Source: Squalus acanthias (lineage: Eukaryota). Taken from it: 64,000 bases of DNA. Numbering within the stretch: position 1 is the stretch's first letter; the number at the start of each line of letters is the position of its first letter. Location: the NCBI GenBank assembly GCA_030390025.1, contig CM059427.1, forward strand, positions 65,968,001 to 66,032,000. Reading direction: 5' to 3'. A program made the translations under genes and the position numbers. Under the pieces are notes generated by a model. It saw only the letters and a program-made list of their open reading frames with translations, was not told the DNA's origin and did not search any database. Of the stretch, positions 61,890-64,000 are shown in pieces.

Positions 61890-64000
61890 TTCTCTTCACG
61901 GATTGCCTGACTGACAATTTGTGTGAGCAAGAATTTCCTCCAGTTGAACATCAGGATGTTTTCAACCCCTGCCAAAAACTCCACTATCTATTCCATTCCC
62001 CTCCCTGGTGGCTTGCTCTCACTGAACCAGACTGCAAGCAACTGAGTTTAGAACCCCATGTACCATCCATTGTCCAAGCTAGTACCAAAACTGTTTATTT
62101 CCACCTCCGTAACATTTCCCACCTCTGTCCACACCGTAACGCTACTCATGCCTGTCATTATCCATGGTTTTGTCATTTCTGGACTTTACTTCTGCCATGT
62201 CCTTCTTGGTAGCCTACTGACCTCCACCCTCTCCCCAAATCATCTGCAACGCCACTGCCTATATCCTGTTCCACACACAACCAAATTTGCTCAGCATCAT
62301 CACTGATCTACACTGGCTTCCAATCCTCCAACAGAGAATTTTAAATCCTTCACCTCACCTCCAAAACTCTATGGCCTCGCCTCGCCCTACCTGTGCAACT
62401 TTGTGTTACCTCCAAGCTTCTGATGTACATTTTCCCTCCACTTTGGTAGCATAACCTTCAGCCACTCTGTCCTGCTCTTTGGAACTCTCTGTCTAAAGCC
62501 TGAGGTTATCTGCCTCCCTCTTTACCTTTTAAAGCCTCACTTCAACTAAGACTTTGGTCACCTCTCCTAATCCTCCTGCAAAGGCTCAATGTCCACTCCT
62601 TTTCTCTTCTGTGAATGCCTGAGGTCAGACCTGTCAATCATCCATGGAAACTATTGTATAGAATGAATGTGCACCCACTTCATCTGGTCTCTGATGCTTC
62701 AATAATACAGTGGCCATACACAATTTAATTTGCATGTACAACACTCACCTTTATATCCTAATGTCCAGATCAATTAACCTGGTCTGGTCCTGTAGACAAT
62801 TTGTCTTGAGGTCTCCATTTTGGTATTGGTTAAGGAAAGACATCTTTAATTTTAATTCTTTACTGTTTCAGAGCTGTATGAGATTACACACAGAAATCAA
62901 GAATGTTAGTGACCTTCCAAATTTCATGGGGAAAATCCTTTGATATAGTGTACTAGACTAACAAAAGACTTTTGATAAAGTACCATATGAGAGATTCCTT
63001 TACAAACTAAGGGTATCAAAAGTACAAACTATGAACTTGAATAACTAGCTAAAGAGGAGGATGTAGAGAATAGTGTAAAGAGAGTACGGCTGAAATGTGG
63101 GAAGGTATTGAGTTAAGTGTCCGTGAATCCATGTTGTGAACCTTCCTACTGTGGTATGTGTAAGTGACCTGGATTTTCATCATAAAACTTGCAGATGAAA
63201 CTAAGTTAGAGGATCTGTGAACTCAGTAGACAGACAAGATCTTACAAAGTAGGCTAGACAGGATTTGAACTTGGTCGACCAGGTGTTGAATGGAGTTCAA
63301 TGCTGACAAATGAAAGATGACGCATATTGAAAGAAAAAAATAGGCGTTTCTACTCCATGGATGGGTTTGAACTTGCTAAAGGGGAGTTGGGGGCATTGTT
63401 TGACTTGTTGCATGTCATGTCCAAGCAATGTAAGGTGGAAATAAAGTGCTCATGATGCGGAGATGCCGGTGTTGGACTGGGGTGGACAAAATTGAGAGGT
63501 CGCACAACACCAGGTTATAGTCCAACAGTTTTATTTGAAATCACAAGCTTTCGGAGCTATCGATTTGCTCCTTCCTCAGGTGAAGTAAATAAAGTGAACA
63601 TGATGCTGAAATATGTTGCTTAATTAATTTAATTAATCTAGTTAGCATAACAAAGAGGTCATTCAAGCCTCAGGAATGGTGCAGAGGAGAGCAACGAGGC
63701 TCATCCTCATTGTACAGGGGATGAGCTATGAGGGGATAGATAACTGAGATTCTTCAACCTTGATGAGAGATATCTGAGGTATTTAAAATACTTAACCTGA
63801 TAGAGAAAATAAACCTACAACAAAACTTGGGTAGCAGGACAGTGGTGACAGATTCAAGGTTGTTGACAAGTGCCAGGTAGTATTTCTTCACACAGAATGT
63901 GATTAACAGCTGGAATGTGTTGCCAGGAACGAGGTCAGAACATGACTCGTTTTCAGAAGTAGTTTGATTATGTAATGAGATGCCAGGGTTGGTATCCTGG
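61890..64000 (+). mobile_element. Old L2 (to ~62620) and CR1 (from ~62640) remnants
   Basis: Residual motifs YFHLRNI, CTACACTGGCTTCC, TTTGATAAAGTACCA, TTGCAGATGA, TTCTTCACACAG. Confidence 0.55.
63451..63586 (-). mobile_element. Short Penelope-like retroelement terminus carrying a minimal hammerhead ribozyme
   Basis: Minus strand reads UCAC-CUGAGGA-A-GGAGC-loop-GCUCC-GAAA-GCUU-GUGA (63583-63541). AAATAAAGTG is duplicated on both flanks. Confidence 0.7.

Noticed and set aside
61781-62212. Pro-Leu repeat protein ORF
   Set aside because: Translation of the CCCCCT microsatellite plus an L2 remnant.

Overview
Vertebrate intron-rich genomic DNA, most likely a cartilaginous fish (inferred from its CR1, DeuSINE, AmnSINE2-like, LF-SINE-like, MetaSINE-like and Penelope repeats). 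The host gene is CLASP1 on the + strand. Ten internal coding exons (31757-61669) splice in frame with GT-AG boundaries and cover the TOG2 region. A short alternative first exon (31438-31474, MMRRLICKKMCP-Y) resembles the palmitoylated CLASP2-beta N-terminus. The rest is intron packed with mobile elements: two full-length PIF/Harbinger transposons in opposite orientation (one with an intact 3-exon Myb/SANT + AT-hook gene), a DUF659/BED-finger hAT element, hAT and Harbinger MITEs, nested CR1 LINEs (one nearly intact), a solo LTR, many SINEs and a Penelope-type minimal hammerhead ribozyme. The most unusual object is a 3.2-kb single-ORF LINE (39156-42367, minus strand). It starts with a tRNA-like Pol III promoter plus SINE body, has no ORF1, and its sense strand has no TTTT Pol III terminator except inside a later 56-bp insertion, which suggests a Pol III-transcribed coding retrotransposon. 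All identifications were made by eye and from memory, without database searches.
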